40,662 bases of DNA. Origin: Gaiellaceae bacterium. Its GTDB lineage: Bacteria > Actinomycetota > Thermoleophilia > Gaiellales > Gaiellaceae. The notes under the pieces were generated by a model, which worked only from the letters and a program-made list of their open reading frames with translations, made no database searches and had not been told where the DNA came from. The number at the start of each line of letters is the position of its first letter. Within the stretch, counting starts at the first letter, position 1. A program made the position numbers and the translations under genes. Positions 8,245 through 17,974 of this stretch are shown piece by piece. The stretch spans positions 1 through 40,662 of the forward strand of contig JBKJQL010000033.1 of the NCBI GenBank assembly GCA_046594035.1, read 5' to 3'.

Positions 8245-9299
8245 CAGAGCACCGACCTCGGGTCTGTCGCCTCGCGCAACCCCTCACCGAACTGGTTGAG
8301 CGAGAACACGGTGAGGAAGATCGCGATCGACGGGACGAGGGTCAGCCAGGGCTGCGTCGACGCCGGGTTGTACGGGTTCGGGTTGAGGATCGAGCCCCAC
8401 GTCTGAGCGAGCAGACTGCCCCAGCTCGCCGTCGGCAGCTTGATCCCTGCGCCGAGAAACGTGACGCCGACCTCGATCATGATGTTCGTCGCGACGAGCA
8501 GCGTCCCGTAGGCGAGCAGCGGCGGCAGCACGTGCGGCAACAGGTGCGTGCGCATGATGCGGCTGTCGCGCGCGCCGACCATCTGCGCCGCCTCGACGAA
8601 CTCCTTCGTGCGCAGCGACATGATCTGCGAGCGCACGATGCGCGCCGGGTAGAACCAGGTGAAGGCGCCGATGATCAGGATCAACTGGAAGACACCCTGG
8701 TTGATCAGCCCGTGGAACGTCCAGTTCGTCAGCCCGTATGAGAAGAGGCTGCCGATCATCACCAGGAAGAGCAGCAACGGAAACGCCATCACGAGATCGG
8801 TGAGGCGCGAGATGACAGCGTCGGTCCAGCCGCCGAAGTACCCCGCGACCGCACCGAGCACGATCCCGATCAGGATCGCGAACAGCGCCGCTCCGGCCGC
8901 GATCGTCAGCGACACGCGGCCGCCGTACAACACGCGCAGGAACTCGTCGCGGCCGAGTTGGCTGTCGGCCCCGAGCAGGAGCAGCGTCTTGCCGGTGCTC
9001 TTCGGTGGATCGGGATGCGTCAGCACGAACGGGTCGTCGCCCGCCATCGACGGTGTGTCCCACGTGACCGTGAAGGGTCCGGCCGGCCGCAGGCCGACGC
9101 TCACCGCGTAGGGAAAGAAGTCGTTCGGCCCGTGCCCGACGATCTTCTCGTAGAGCGGCGCACCCGGGCCGACCAGGAGGACGACGAGCAGCAGGAAGAT
9201 GCCGCAACCCACGGCCACGCGGTCGCGCTTGAACCGGCGCCACGCGAGCGCCCACTGACCCTGCGGGCGCGGTGCGTCCAACTGCTCCTCGTAGACCAC
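8244..9299 (-). CDS. ABC transporter permease, DppC/OppC type
   Basis: LLLLGADSQLGRDEFLRVLYGGRVSL..ISRLTDLVMAFPLLLFL..EFVEAAQMVGARDSRIMRTHLLPHV. The track start at 9347 overlaps the mutase; I prefer GTG at 9299 (VVYEEQ). Confidence 0.88.
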   Translation of the reverse strand: MVYEEQLDAPRPQGQWALAWRRFKRDRVAVGCGIFLLLVVLLVGPGAPLYEKIVGHGPNDFFPYAVSVGLRPAGPFTVTWDTPSMAGDDPFVLTHPDPPKSTGKTLLLLGADSQLGRDEFLRVLYGGRVSLTIAAGAALFAILIGIVLGAVAGYFGGWTDAVISRLTDLVMAFPLLLFLVMIGSLFSYGLTNWTFHGLINQGVFQLILIIGAFTWFYPARIVRSQIMSLRTKEFVEAAQMVGARDSRIMRTHLLPHVLPPLLAYGTLLVATNIMIEVGVTFLGAGIKLPTASWGSLLAQTWGSILNPNPYNPASTQPWLTLVPSIAIFLTVFSLNQFGEGLREATDPRSVL

Positions 9300-9310
9300 A
9301 GCTCGCGAGC

Positions 9311-10891
9311 CTACGTCGGAGCGCGGACCTTGTCGTACTCGCCCCACTCCTCGCGCAGGACGCCGCAGATCTCGCCGATCGTGCTGCGCACGCGGAGGGC
9401 CTCGCGCATCGAATGGAGCATGTTCTCCGTCCCGCGCGCGGCTTCGCGCACGCGGGCGAGTGCGGCGGCTGCCTCTTCGGCGTTGCGCTCGGCGCGCACG
9501 CGCGCGGTCCGCTCGACCTGGCGCTTCTCCCCTTCCGGGTCGATCGACTGCAGCTCGATCGATTCTTCTGATTGGACTGTGTACTTGTTCACGCCGACGA
9601 TCACGCGCTCACCAGATTCGACCTCCTGTTGCCACTTGAACGCCGCGTTCTCGATCTCTCCCTGGACGAAGCCTTGCTCGACCGCGGCGACGCCGCCTCC
9701 GAGCTCGTCGATCCGTTCGATCAGCTCCCACGCGCGCGACTCGAGGTCGTCGGTCAGCGCCTCGATGTAGTACGAGCCGCCGAGCGGATCCGCGGGCGCG
9801 ATCGTGCCCGCCTCGTTCTGGAGGATCTGCTGCGTGCGCAGGGCGATCGTGGCGGCGCGCTCCGTCGGCAACGCGAGCGCCTCGTCGTAGCTGTTCGTAT
9901 GCAGCGACTGAGCGCCACCGGCAACCGCAGAGAGCGCCTGGATCGCGACGCGCACGATGTTGCTCTCGGGCTGCTGCGCGGTCAGTGTGGAACCGCCGGT
10001 CTGCGCGTGGAAGCGAAGTGCGAGCGCCTTGGGGTTCGTTGCGCCGAACCGCTCGCGCATCACCCGCGCCCAGACCCGCCGTGCCGCGCGGAACTTCGCC
10101 ACCTCCTGGAAGAAGTCGTTGTGCGCGTTGAAGAAGAACGACAGCCGTGCGCCGAACTCGTCCGGTGACTGGCCGGCTTCGACCGCGGCCGCGCAGTACG
10201 CAATCCCGTTGGCGATCGTGAACGCGAGCTCCTGCACCGCCGTCGATCCCGCCTCGCGGATGTGGTACCCGGAGATCGAGATCGTGTTCCACGACGGGAT
10301 CCGCTCGGCGCAGTACGCGAAGAGGTCGGTCGTGAGCCGCATCGACGGGCGCGGCGGGAAGATGTAGTTCCCGCGCGCGATGTACTCCTTGAGAATGTCG
10401 TTCTGCACCGTCCCGCGAAGCGCGGTCGACGGAACGCCTTGCTCCTCCGCCACCAGTTCGTAGAGCAAGAGCAGCAGGCCGGCAGGCGCGTTGATCGTCA
10501 TCGACGTCGACGCGGTGTCGAGCGGAATACCACCGAGCAGGATCCCCATGTCGGCGATCGAGTCGATCGCGACACCCGTCCGCCCGACCTCGCCGAGCGC
10601 GCGCGGATCGTCGGAGTCCATCCCGAGCTGCGTCGGCAGGTCGAACGCGATCGAGAGGCCGGTCTGGCCGTGCGCGAGCAGGTAGCGGTACCGCTCGTTC
10701 GACTCCTCGGCGGAGGCGAACCCGGCGTACTGGCGCATCGTCCACGGCCGCCCGCGATACATGTCCGGGTACGGGCCGCGGGTGTACGGGTACTCGCCGG
10801 GCAGCTCGAGCTCGGCGGGCGCGTCGGCGGCGGTGTAGACCGGCTTGATCTCGATCCCGGATTCGGTCTCGTGCCGGTCGGTGGACGCCAC
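9311..10891 (-). CDS. Methylmalonyl-CoA / acyl-CoA mutase large (catalytic) subunit without a cobalamin-binding domain
   Basis: [66 protein letters not shown]. The 526 aa protein ends after the TIM-barrel/linker, with no DxHxxG B12 domain. GTG start. Confidence 0.9.
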   Translation of the reverse strand: MASTDRHETESGIEIKPVYTAADAPAELELPGEYPYTRGPYPDMYRGRPWTMRQYAGFASAEESNERYRYLLAHGQTGLSIAFDLPTQLGMDSDDPRALGEVGRTGVAIDSIADMGILLGGIPLDTASTSMTINAPAGLLLLLYELVAEEQGVPSTALRGTVQNDILKEYIARGNYIFPPRPSMRLTTDLFAYCAERIPSWNTISISGYHIREAGSTAVQELAFTIANGIAYCAAAVEAGQSPDEFGARLSFFFNAHNDFFQEVAKFRAARRVWARVMRERFGATNPKALALRFHAQTGGSTLTAQQPESNIVRVAIQALSAVAGGAQSLHTNSYDEALALPTERAATIALRTQQILQNEAGTIAPADPLGGSYYIEALTDDLESRAWELIERIDELGGGVAAVEQGFVQGEIENAAFKWQQEVESGERVIVGVNKYTVQSEESIELQSIDPEGEKRQVERTARVRAERNAEEAAAALARVREAARGTENMLHSMREALRVRSTIGEICGVLREEWGEYDKVRAPT

Positions 10892-10896
10892 GTCCG

Positions 10897-10903
10897 TAGG
10901 CTA
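10897..10903. promoter_or_regulatory. Shared, face-to-face -10-like hexamers for the divergent mutase and moaDE genes
   Basis: The sequence is taggcta. TAGGCT (plus) lies 7 nt before GTG 10910, and TAGCCT (minus) lies 6 nt before GTG 10891. The whole intergenic gap is 18 nt and has no Shine-Dalgarno sequence. Confidence 0.4.
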
Positions 10904-10909
10904 CTGGCC

Positions 10910-11539
10910 GTGCCCGTCACCGTGAGACTCTTCGCAGGACTTCGCGAGCGCGCCGGCTGGGCGCAGCGCGACGTGGAGGCGGCGACCGTCGGCGACGTCT
11001 GGCGCGCGCTCGAGCTCGGTGACGAGCCTGCGGGTCTCTTGTACGCGGTGAACAAGGAGTACGCGACCCCCGATCGCGCGCTCGCAGATGGAGACGAGGT
11101 GGCCCTCATCCCGCCCGTCTCAGGCGGCGCGTTCCTGGTCAGCGACGAACCGCTCTCGCTCGATCGGGTCGTCGACGAGGTCCGGGACGAGGAAGCGGGC
11201 GCGATCGCGACGTTCACCGGCACGACGCGCAGCTCCTCGCGCGGACGCACCGTGACGCACCTCGACTACGAGGCCTACGAAGGAATGGCCGAAAAGGTGA
11301 TGGCGGAGATCGCCGCCGACCTCCAGTCTCGGTACGAGTTGACCGCCGTCGCGATCCATCACCGTGTCGGGCGCGTGGGAATCGGGGATACGTCCGTCGT
11401 GATCGCTGTCTCCGCCCCGCACCGCCAGGATGCACTCGCCGCGTGCAAGGACGCCATCGACGAATTGAAGGAACGCGTGCCGCTGTGGAAGAAAGAGGTC
11501 TACGCGGGCGGCGAAGAGTGGATCGGGAGGGGATCATGA
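10910..11539 (+). CDS. Fused molybdopterin synthase: MoaD (sulfur carrier) joined to MoaE (catalytic subunit), MoaX-like
   Basis: The MoaD part VRLFAGLRE..DGDEVALIPPVSGG has its GG codons at 11123-11128. It runs straight into the MoaE part AFLVSDEPLSLD..GAIATFTGTTR..HLDYEAY..IHHRVGRV..VIAVSAPHR..PLWKKE. The start is GTG 10910 or GTG 10922. Confidence 0.85.
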   Translation: MPVTVRLFAGLRERAGWAQRDVEAATVGDVWRALELGDEPAGLLYAVNKEYATPDRALADGDEVALIPPVSGGAFLVSDEPLSLDRVVDEVRDEEAGAIATFTGTTRSSSRGRTVTHLDYEAYEGMAEKVMAEIAADLQSRYELTAVAIHHRVGRVGIGDTSVVIAVSAPHRQDALAACKDAIDELKERVPLWKKEVYAGGEEWIGRGS

Positions 11540-12180
11540 GCGTCGACGGACAGCGCGACTATGAGCCGATCCAGCCGCGCGGGACGGACTGGCGCGGCCG
11601 CATCCGCAAGGCGATCGGGCCGGCGATCGCGCTCGTGTTCGCCGGAGCGAAGTGGGGCTTCGTGCTCCTGAAGTTCTCGAGCATCTTCATCGCCGTCGCC
11701 GCGTACGCGCTGATCTTCGGCTGGAAGTTCGCTGTCGGATTCGTCCTGCTCATCTTCGTCCATGAGCTCGGCCACTACATCGAAGCGAAGCGCGAGGGCC
11801 TCAGCCCGAGGCTCCCGGTCTTCATCCCGTTCCTCGGTGCGTACGTGCAGTACACGCGCGGGCATCCCTGGCAGACCGTGCGTGTCGCGATCGCCGGCCC
11901 GATTCTCGGCGGCGCCGCCGCGGCCGTCTGTCTCGGCATTGCGGAGTCGAACGGCTCGCGCCTGATGTACGCGCTCGCATATTCCGGCTTCTTCCTGAAC
12001 CTGTTCAACCTGCTGCCGTTCGGCATCTTCGACGGCGGCGCCGTGTGGCGCTCCGCGAAGTTCCTGCGCCTCGGCGGTGGCGGCCGACTGGCGCTCGCTT
12101 CATATGCGCTCTACGCGGGTACTGCCGCGGCGATGATCCTCGGCATGATCGCGACGTACCGCCCGCAAAACAGGCTGTGA
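11536..12180 (+). CDS. M50-family (site-2 protease-like) membrane metalloprotease
   Basis: FVHELGHYIEAK (HExxH) and FLNLFNLLPFGIFDGG (NxxPxxxxDG), with multiple TM segments. ATG 11536 overlaps the moaDE stop as ATGA. Confidence 0.8.
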   Translation: MSVDGQRDYEPIQPRGTDWRGRIRKAIGPAIALVFAGAKWGFVLLKFSSIFIAVAAYALIFGWKFAVGFVLLIFVHELGHYIEAKREGLSPRLPVFIPFLGAYVQYTRGHPWQTVRVAIAGPILGGAAAAVCLGIAESNGSRLMYALAYSGFFLNLFNLLPFGIFDGGAVWRSAKFLRLGGGGRLALASYALYAGTAAAMILGMIATYRPQNRL

Positions 12181-12839
12181 CCGACGACAGAAAGATCCTC
12201 GACGAGGGCACCTCGGCCATCGATGTCTCCGTCACGAAGATCGCGGAGGAGTTTCGCGCCGGGTTCGAGAAGATCGCGCTGATCGATCGCCCGGCGGTGG
12301 CGATGTTCGGCTCGGCGCGCGTGGCGGAGGGCAGCAAGCCCTACGAGGACGCGCGAATCGTCGGGCGCAAGTTCGGCGAGGCGGGCTGGGCGGTCGTGAC
12401 CGGCGGAGGGCCTGGCGTGATGGAGGCATCCAACCGTGGCTGCAAGGAAGGCGGGGGGCTCTCGGTCGGCTTCAATATCGTGCTGCCGCACGAGCAGGGC
12501 GGAAATCCCTACCTCGACATCTCGCACACCTTCGACCACTTCTACGCGCGCAAGGTCTGCTTCGTTCGGCCGTCGCAGGGGTTCGTGATCTTCCCGGGCG
12601 GCTTCGGGACGATGGACGAGCTGTACGAAGCGCTGACCCTGATCCAGACCGGCAAGATCCGCCACTTCCCCGTCGTGCTCTTCGACTCGAGCTACTGGGC
12701 GGGGATGCTGGACTGGATTCGCGACCAGCTGCTCGCCGACGGGATGATCTCGCCGAGCGACCTCGAACTGTTGCACGTCACGGACGACCCGAACATCGCG
12801 GTGCAGCGCGTGCTCGAGTCGTACGACCCGCCCGCGTAA
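12177..12839 (+). CDS. LOG-family (TIGR00730-type) nucleotide phosphoribohydrolase
   Basis: AMFGSAR..VVTGGGPGVMEASNRG..VIFPGGFGTMDELYEALTLIQTGK. GTG 12177 overlaps the M50 stop as GTGA. Confidence 0.85.
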   Translation: MTDDRKILDEGTSAIDVSVTKIAEEFRAGFEKIALIDRPAVAMFGSARVAEGSKPYEDARIVGRKFGEAGWAVVTGGGPGVMEASNRGCKEGGGLSVGFNIVLPHEQGGNPYLDISHTFDHFYARKVCFVRPSQGFVIFPGGFGTMDELYEALTLIQTGKIRHFPVVLFDSSYWAGMLDWIRDQLLADGMISPSDLELLHVTDDPNIAVQRVLESYDPPA

Positions 12840-12882
12840 GCCCGAACCTGGTTCGCTCTTCAACCAGGTTCGGGCTTACGCG
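12833..12882. terminator. Perfect 21 bp hairpin spanning the LOG stop codon; bidirectional terminator candidate
   Basis: cgcgtaagcccgaacctggtt (12833-12853) pairs with aaccaggttcgggcttacgcg (12862-12882). The loop is cgctcttc. Confidence 0.65.
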
Positions 12883-12906
12883 GAGGGCACCGCGGTTCGA
12901 AACGCA

Positions 12907-12937
12907 TCAACCTGGTTCAGAAACCGAACCAGGTTGA
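12907..12937. terminator. Second hairpin (12 bp stem) that reuses the AACCTGGTTC core
   Basis: tcaacctggttc (12907-12918) pairs with gaaccaggttga (12926-12937). It lies 10 nt from the stop of the convergent VanW-family gene. Confidence 0.55.
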
Positions 12938-12947
12938 GGGCGGGGAA

Positions 12948-14624
12948 TTAGATGTGCGACGGCAGGACGATGTACGGGCCGGGCGGCGTTCTCCCGGGGC
13001 CGTACACCGTCGTCGGGCTGTCCGGGATGTAGCGCGACTTGAACGTGTCGTGTCGCAGCTCCTTCCCGCTCGCGTCGTAGACCGTGCGCGCGACGCTCAC
13101 ATCGAAGCCCTTCTCATCCGTTCCCGTCACGACCTTCGCCGAGCCGCGCGGCGCGTTCGGATCGACCGCGTAGTTCATCGACGGATCCGTCCACTTCGTC
13201 CGCGAGCCGGCCCTGGTGACCACGCGGCGCCCTTCGCCCGAGCCGTAGAAGGTGAACGTCAGAGTCGAGTCGGTGTACGACGTCTTCACCAGGATCCCGT
13301 GCTGCAGGTCATTCTTGAACTTGAAGTCGGGGCCGCCCCACGCCACCGTCGCATCCCGCCCCAGCGGGTAGTGCGAGATGTAGAGGTTGTGGTTCGTGCG
13401 GTCGAGGATCGGAAGTCCGAGCTCGAGTGCGTTGTTGAACATCGTCGTCGCGGTCTGACAGACGCCGCCCCCGATCGACGGCAGCACGAGCGAGCCGATG
13501 ATCATCTGACCCTCGAGGAAGCCGCGCTCCGCGGTGCGCGGGCCGACGACGTCGTTGAACGAGAAAGCCTCGCCGGGACGGATCAGTGTGCCGTCGATGA
13601 AGTCCGCCATCAGCTGCACGTTGTGGATCCGGTTCGACGACGAGGGTCCCATGTCGGTCGTGAACGAGGAGACTTTTTCACGGATCCCGAGTGCGTTTGC
13701 CTTCGCCGTCGTCAACTCGGGCTGACGCGCGCCGAGCTCGAGGCGCGCCACGTGGCCGCCCTTCGCCGCTGCGTCAATGGCCGACGCCAACTGCGAGGGA
13801 TCCACATCACGTCCGGGCCGCGACGGAACCACCTTGATCTTGCTGCCCGCAACAACGAAGCGCGCGTTGTGCGCGCGCTGGACCCACTTCCCGAGCCGGG
13901 GTCGGACGACCTTTGCGAGCGCGTCGCCGTCGAGCTTCACGGCGAGGTCGTCGCCGAAACTCACCGCACGCGCGATCTGAGCGCGGCTCAGCGCACCACG
14001 TCGCGCTCCGTGATAGACGATCGCAACCGGCTGCGCGAGCAGCGCGCGTGCCTCTGACGCCGCGGCTTGCGCAGCGGTGTCTGACACCTTGGGCCGTAGC
14101 CGCGTAAAGGGCGCGTCGATGACGGTCGTGTTGTGCGAGAGACGGCGCAGCAACGCTGCGTCGTCGAGCCGGCGCCCATCCTTCGCCGGCGTAACGGCGA
14201 CGTCCGCTCCGTTCAGCGTCACGGTTGCCGAGACCGGGTCGCGGCCGGCACGGGCCAGCGCGTTGAGGACGTTGCTCGCATTCGTGGCGCGCCGGATCAC
14301 CGGTGCGACGTCCGCGTGGTTCGAAAAGACGAGTGAGATCTCTGAGCCGGCGTCGAGAGCACGCGTCGCGGTTGCATGCGCGTCGACCGAAACGAGCCAT
14401 CCGCGCGGCACGCGGTACGAGCGCCCGCCCGTCCGGATCGTCACCTGCTGCTCGCTCCAGGCGCGAAGCTCGTGCTCGATCTGCGCGCGCGAGTCTCCGC
14501 CCACATCGACGCCAAGCACATGGACGCCCGGCTTGGCCGCCCCACGGAACTGGAGCCCGCGCGCAACAGCGGCACCGACGGCGGCGACCAGGATCACGCT
14601 GAGGAGGACGGCGAGGCGTTTCAT
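12948..14624 (-). CDS. VanW-family protein (YoaR-like) with N-terminal membrane anchor and C-terminal G5-like domain
   Basis: MKRLAVLLSVILVAAVGAAV.. and the VanW core GGGVCQTATTMFNNALELGLPILDRTNHNLYISHYPLGRDATV. The C-terminus reads VVTGTDEKGFDVSVARTVY. Confidence 0.85.
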   Translation of the reverse strand: MKRLAVLLSVILVAAVGAAVARGLQFRGAAKPGVHVLGVDVGGDSRAQIEHELRAWSEQQVTIRTGGRSYRVPRGWLVSVDAHATATRALDAGSEISLVFSNHADVAPVIRRATNASNVLNALARAGRDPVSATVTLNGADVAVTPAKDGRRLDDAALLRRLSHNTTVIDAPFTRLRPKVSDTAAQAAASEARALLAQPVAIVYHGARRGALSRAQIARAVSFGDDLAVKLDGDALAKVVRPRLGKWVQRAHNARFVVAGSKIKVVPSRPGRDVDPSQLASAIDAAAKGGHVARLELGARQPELTTAKANALGIREKVSSFTTDMGPSSSNRIHNVQLMADFIDGTLIRPGEAFSFNDVVGPRTAERGFLEGQMIIGSLVLPSIGGGVCQTATTMFNNALELGLPILDRTNHNLYISHYPLGRDATVAWGGPDFKFKNDLQHGILVKTSYTDSTLTFTFYGSGEGRRVVTRAGSRTKWTDPSMNYAVDPNAPRGSAKVVTGTDEKGFDVSVARTVYDASGKELRHDTFKSRYIPDSPTTVYGPGRTPPGPYIVLPSHI

Positions 14625-14674
14625 TCGGACAGTGAAGCAACGGAGCCGGGGGTGTTGCGGGTTCTCAGCTCACG

Positions 14675-14680
14675 TATCGT
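14675..14680 (+). promoter_or_regulatory. -10-like hexamer TATCGT 7 nt upstream of the selA ATG (candidate leaderless start)
   Basis: tatcgt-tttgctc-ATG. It fits TANNNT and there is no SD-like purine run. Confidence 0.35.
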
Positions 14681-14687
14681 TTTGCTC

Positions 14688-15968
14688 ATGGAACTGCGGG
14701 ATCTCCCCTCGGTCGACGAGCTCACGCGCTCGATCAGCGACCCGCTCGCCGTGGCGGCGGCGCGAGCGGTGCTGGCCCGGGCGCGCGAGGAGATCCAGGC
14801 GGGCGTCGATCCGGGCGACCTTGCAGCAAGGCTCGAGACGGAGCTCGCCGCGGCGCGCACGCCGGCCCTCCGCCGCGTCGTGAATGCGACGGGTGTGATC
14901 GTCCACACGAACCTGGGGCGCGCCCCGCTCCCGGCCGCCGCACTCGAGCGCGTCCTCGAAGTCGGCCGCGGCTACTCGAATCTCGAGTACGACCTCGCCG
15001 AAGGCGCACGAGGCTCACGGCAGGACCACGTGACCGCGATCCTGCGGCGGCTCACGGGCGCCGAGTCGGCGATCGTCGTCAACAACAACGCAGGAGCGAT
15101 GCTGCTCGCGTTGGCCGCTCTTGCCGAGGGACGCGAGGTGCTGGTCTCGCGCGGCGAGCTGATCGAGATCGGCGACGGCTTCCGGATCCCTGACGTACTC
15201 GTTCGCTCGGGTGCGAAACTCGTCGAGGTCGGCACGACGAATCGCACCCGCGCCGCCGACTACGAGCGCGCGGCGACCGACGACACGGCACTCCTGCTGC
15301 GCGTACACCAGTCCAACTTCCGCGTGGTCGGATTCACGGAGCAGCCGTCCCTCGCAGAGCTCGCCGCGGTTGCGCGCAGGCACGACGTGCCGCTCCTCGA
15401 CGACCTCGGCTCCGGCGCGCTGCTCGACATGTCCGACGAGCCGACGGCGCAGGCCTCACTCGCTGCGGGAGCCGACCTCGTCTGCTTCAGCGGCGACAAG
15501 CTGCTCGGCGGCCCCCAGGCAGGGATCGTCGTCGGGCGCGCCGACCTGATCGAGCGACTGCGACGCCATCCGCTCCATCGCGCGTTGCGCGCGGACAAAC
15601 TCGGGCTTGCCGCGCTCGAGGGAACCTTGCTCCTCTACCTCGATCCCGACCGCGCGTTGCGCGAGGTGCCGGTGCTGCGGATGCTGCACGAGGACACGGA
15701 CACGGTGCGTGCGCGGGCCGAGCGGCTAGCTGCAGCGGTCGGCGGCGAGGTCGAGGAGACCGTGAGCCGCGTCGGCGGCGGGGCGCTGCCGCTGTCGGAG
15801 CTGCCGTCGTTCGCGTGCGCCGTCGAGGAGACGCTGGCCGCACCGCTCCGCGCTCACGAACCGCCCGTGATCGGGATCGTGCGCGACGGCCGCCTGCTGC
15901 TCGACTGCCGCACGTTGTCGGGCGACGAGGTCGACGAGGTGGCCGCCGCGGTTCACGCATGCCGCTGA
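14688..15968 (+). CDS. selA: L-seryl-tRNA(Sec) selenium transferase
   Basis: [94 protein letters not shown]. Internal ATG of track ORF 14376..15968. Confidence 0.9.
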   Translation: MELRDLPSVDELTRSISDPLAVAAARAVLARAREEIQAGVDPGDLAARLETELAAARTPALRRVVNATGVIVHTNLGRAPLPAAALERVLEVGRGYSNLEYDLAEGARGSRQDHVTAILRRLTGAESAIVVNNNAGAMLLALAALAEGREVLVSRGELIEIGDGFRIPDVLVRSGAKLVEVGTTNRTRAADYERAATDDTALLLRVHQSNFRVVGFTEQPSLAELAAVARRHDVPLLDDLGSGALLDMSDEPTAQASLAAGADLVCFSGDKLLGGPQAGIVVGRADLIERLRRHPLHRALRADKLGLAALEGTLLLYLDPDRALREVPVLRMLHEDTDTVRARAERLAAAVGGEVEETVSRVGGGALPLSELPSFACAVEETLAAPLRAHEPPVIGIVRDGRLLLDCRTLSGDEVDEVAAAVHACR

Positions 15969-17653
15969 CGGTCGGCACCGCCGGCCACATCGACCACGGC
16001 AAGACGTGGCTCGTGCGCGCGCTGACGGGGAAGGACACCGACCGGTTGCCCGAGGAACAGGCGCGTGGGATTTCGATCGACCTCGGCTACGCACCACTCG
16101 AGCTGCCCGGCGGACGGCGGATGTCGCTCGTCGACGTTCCCGGTCACGAGCGCTTCGTACGCACGATGATCGCGGGCGCGAGCGGCATCGACCTCTTTCT
16201 CCTCGTGATCGACGCGCAGGAGGGCTCACGGCCGCAGACGCTGGAGCACCTCGCGGTGCTGCGATTGCTCGGCGTCACCCGCGGTGTCGTCGCCGTGACG
16301 AAGTCCGACACCGTCGACGACGAGACGCTCGAGCTCGCACTCGAGGAGGCGCGCGAGCTCGCCCCGCAGGCCGAAGTGGTCGCCGTCTCGGCGAAGACCG
16401 GCGCGGGCCTCGACGAGCTGCGCGCTGCGCTCGAACGCGTGCCGGTCGAAGAACGCGACGCCGAGCGCGCGACCCGCCTCTACGTCGACCGCGTATTCAC
16501 GCTGCAGGGCGTGGGCACGGTCGCGACTGGGACCCTCTGGTCGGGGACAATCGCAGCCGGCGACATGCTGCGGATCGAGCCGAGTGGAAAGACGGTGCGC
16601 GTGCGTAGCGTCCAGGTGCACGACGCGGCCGTCGACGAGGCGCAAGCCGGCCAGCGCGTCGCGGTCAACCTGCCGACCGTCGAGCGCCGCGGCCTCGTCC
16701 GCGGTGATGTCCTGGTCGAGCCGGGCCACTACCCCCTCTCCTACCGACTCGACGTGCGCCTCGAGGAGATCGCCGATGTGCCCGCCGCCGTGACGGTGCA
16801 CGTCGGCACGAAGGCGGTGCCCGCCAGAGTCGCGCGTGACGGTGCGTACGCGCAGCTTCGTCTCGCAGATCCAGTCGTCGCCGCCCGCGGCGACCGCGTC
16901 GTCCTCCGCACGCAGACCACTGTCGGCGGGGGCACGGTCCTCGACCCCGCTCCTCCGCGCAGGCTCGAGCCGGAACGGCTTGCTGTGCTCGAAAGCGACG
17001 ACCCCGAGGAGATCGTGCGCGCACTCGTGCACGCACCCGTCGCGAGTCGCGACCTCCAAGCGCGGGGGATCCTCGCGCCGGCCGAGCTCGCGCACGGGCT
17101 GGCGGCCGTGCGCGCCGCAGGCGAACACGTCTTCTCCGACGCCTGGCTCGCGGAGCTTCGCGCCGGTGTGCACGCGCGGCTCGCAGCACGGGCCGAGTCG
17201 GATCCACTCGACCCCGGCGTCCCGGTCGCGGAACTGCTGCCGCCCGCACCATGGGCACCTCACGTGCTGAACCTGCTCGAGGTCGAGCGGCGCGGCGCGA
17301 AGGCGTATCTCCCGGGCGCGGCGGCCGCGCTCGGCGAGCGCGCGCAGGCTGCGGCGGAGCTCGAGGCGTTACTGGCTGGAGAAGAGATCGCGAAGGTGGA
17401 AGACAAGCAGCTCGCAGCGTTCCTCGACGAAGCGGGCCGACTCCGGCGCGTCGGCGACGGCTTTGCGGTCTCGACAGCGCTCTACGATCGCGGCCTTTCG
17501 CTCTTGCCCACACTCGAGGAGATCACGCTCGCACGGTTCCGGGACGCGCTCGGCGTCGGGAGGCGAACCGCGCAACTGCTGCTCGAGCGCTACGACGCGG
17601 ACGGCTTGACGGTACGGCGCGGGGACGTTCGAACGTTGCGGCGCGCGCGCTGA
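15959..17653 (+). CDS. selB: Selenocysteine-specific translation elongation factor
   Basis: [55 protein letters not shown], followed by C-terminal winged-helix repeats. ATG 15959 overlaps the selA end by 10 nt. Confidence 0.9.
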   Translation: MPLTVGTAGHIDHGKTWLVRALTGKDTDRLPEEQARGISIDLGYAPLELPGGRRMSLVDVPGHERFVRTMIAGASGIDLFLLVIDAQEGSRPQTLEHLAVLRLLGVTRGVVAVTKSDTVDDETLELALEEARELAPQAEVVAVSAKTGAGLDELRAALERVPVEERDAERATRLYVDRVFTLQGVGTVATGTLWSGTIAAGDMLRIEPSGKTVRVRSVQVHDAAVDEAQAGQRVAVNLPTVERRGLVRGDVLVEPGHYPLSYRLDVRLEEIADVPAAVTVHVGTKAVPARVARDGAYAQLRLADPVVAARGDRVVLRTQTTVGGGTVLDPAPPRRLEPERLAVLESDDPEEIVRALVHAPVASRDLQARGILAPAELAHGLAAVRAAGEHVFSDAWLAELRAGVHARLAARAESDPLDPGVPVAELLPPAPWAPHVLNLLEVERRGAKAYLPGAAAALGERAQAAAELEALLAGEEIAKVEDKQLAAFLDEAGRLRRVGDGFAVSTALYDRGLSLLPTLEEITLARFRDALGVGRRTAQLLLERYDADGLTVRRGDVRTLRRAR

Positions 17654-17675
17654 AACTGCCGCGTAAGATTGCCCC

Positions 17676-17861
17676 ATGACTGTCGGAGGCAGAGCGAACG
17701 AGCGGACGCGCATCCTGCGTCGAGCCGCCCTGATCGGGGCCGTTCTCCTGCTCGTGGCGCTGCTGTTCCTGACCAGTGGACACTGGATCGTGGGGCTGAT
17801 CTTCGGAGCCGCAGCCGCCGCAGCCATCTGGGTGTACTTGCAGGCCCGCAGCGTGCGTTAG
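17676..17861 (+). CDS. Hypothetical 61 aa two-TM membrane protein between selB and selC
   Basis: MTVGGRANERTRILRRAALIGAVLLLVALLFLTSGHWIVGLIFGAAAAAAIWVYLQARSVR. Positive-inside charge pattern. I recognise no homolog. Confidence 0.45.
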   Translation: MTVGGRANERTRILRRAALIGAVLLLVALLFLTSGHWIVGLIFGAAAAAAIWVYLQARSVR

Positions 17862-17974
17862 TCGTTCGGCCGGCAGCGTCTAGGAAGAGGACAACGCGGT
17901 GGCCCTCCGTCGGATCCCGCCCCTCGGCCCCTGGTTGGCCACACCCCACCCCGCGTCCGTACCATCTCCGTCTT

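Noticed and set aside
12843-12856. A possible second SOS box in the hairpin region (cGAACctgGTTCg, and again around 12910).
   Set aside because: The half-sites are separated by 3 nt, not the 4 nt of the GAAC-N4-GTTC LexA site seen at 4380..4395. The sequence is better explained as part of the long terminator stems.
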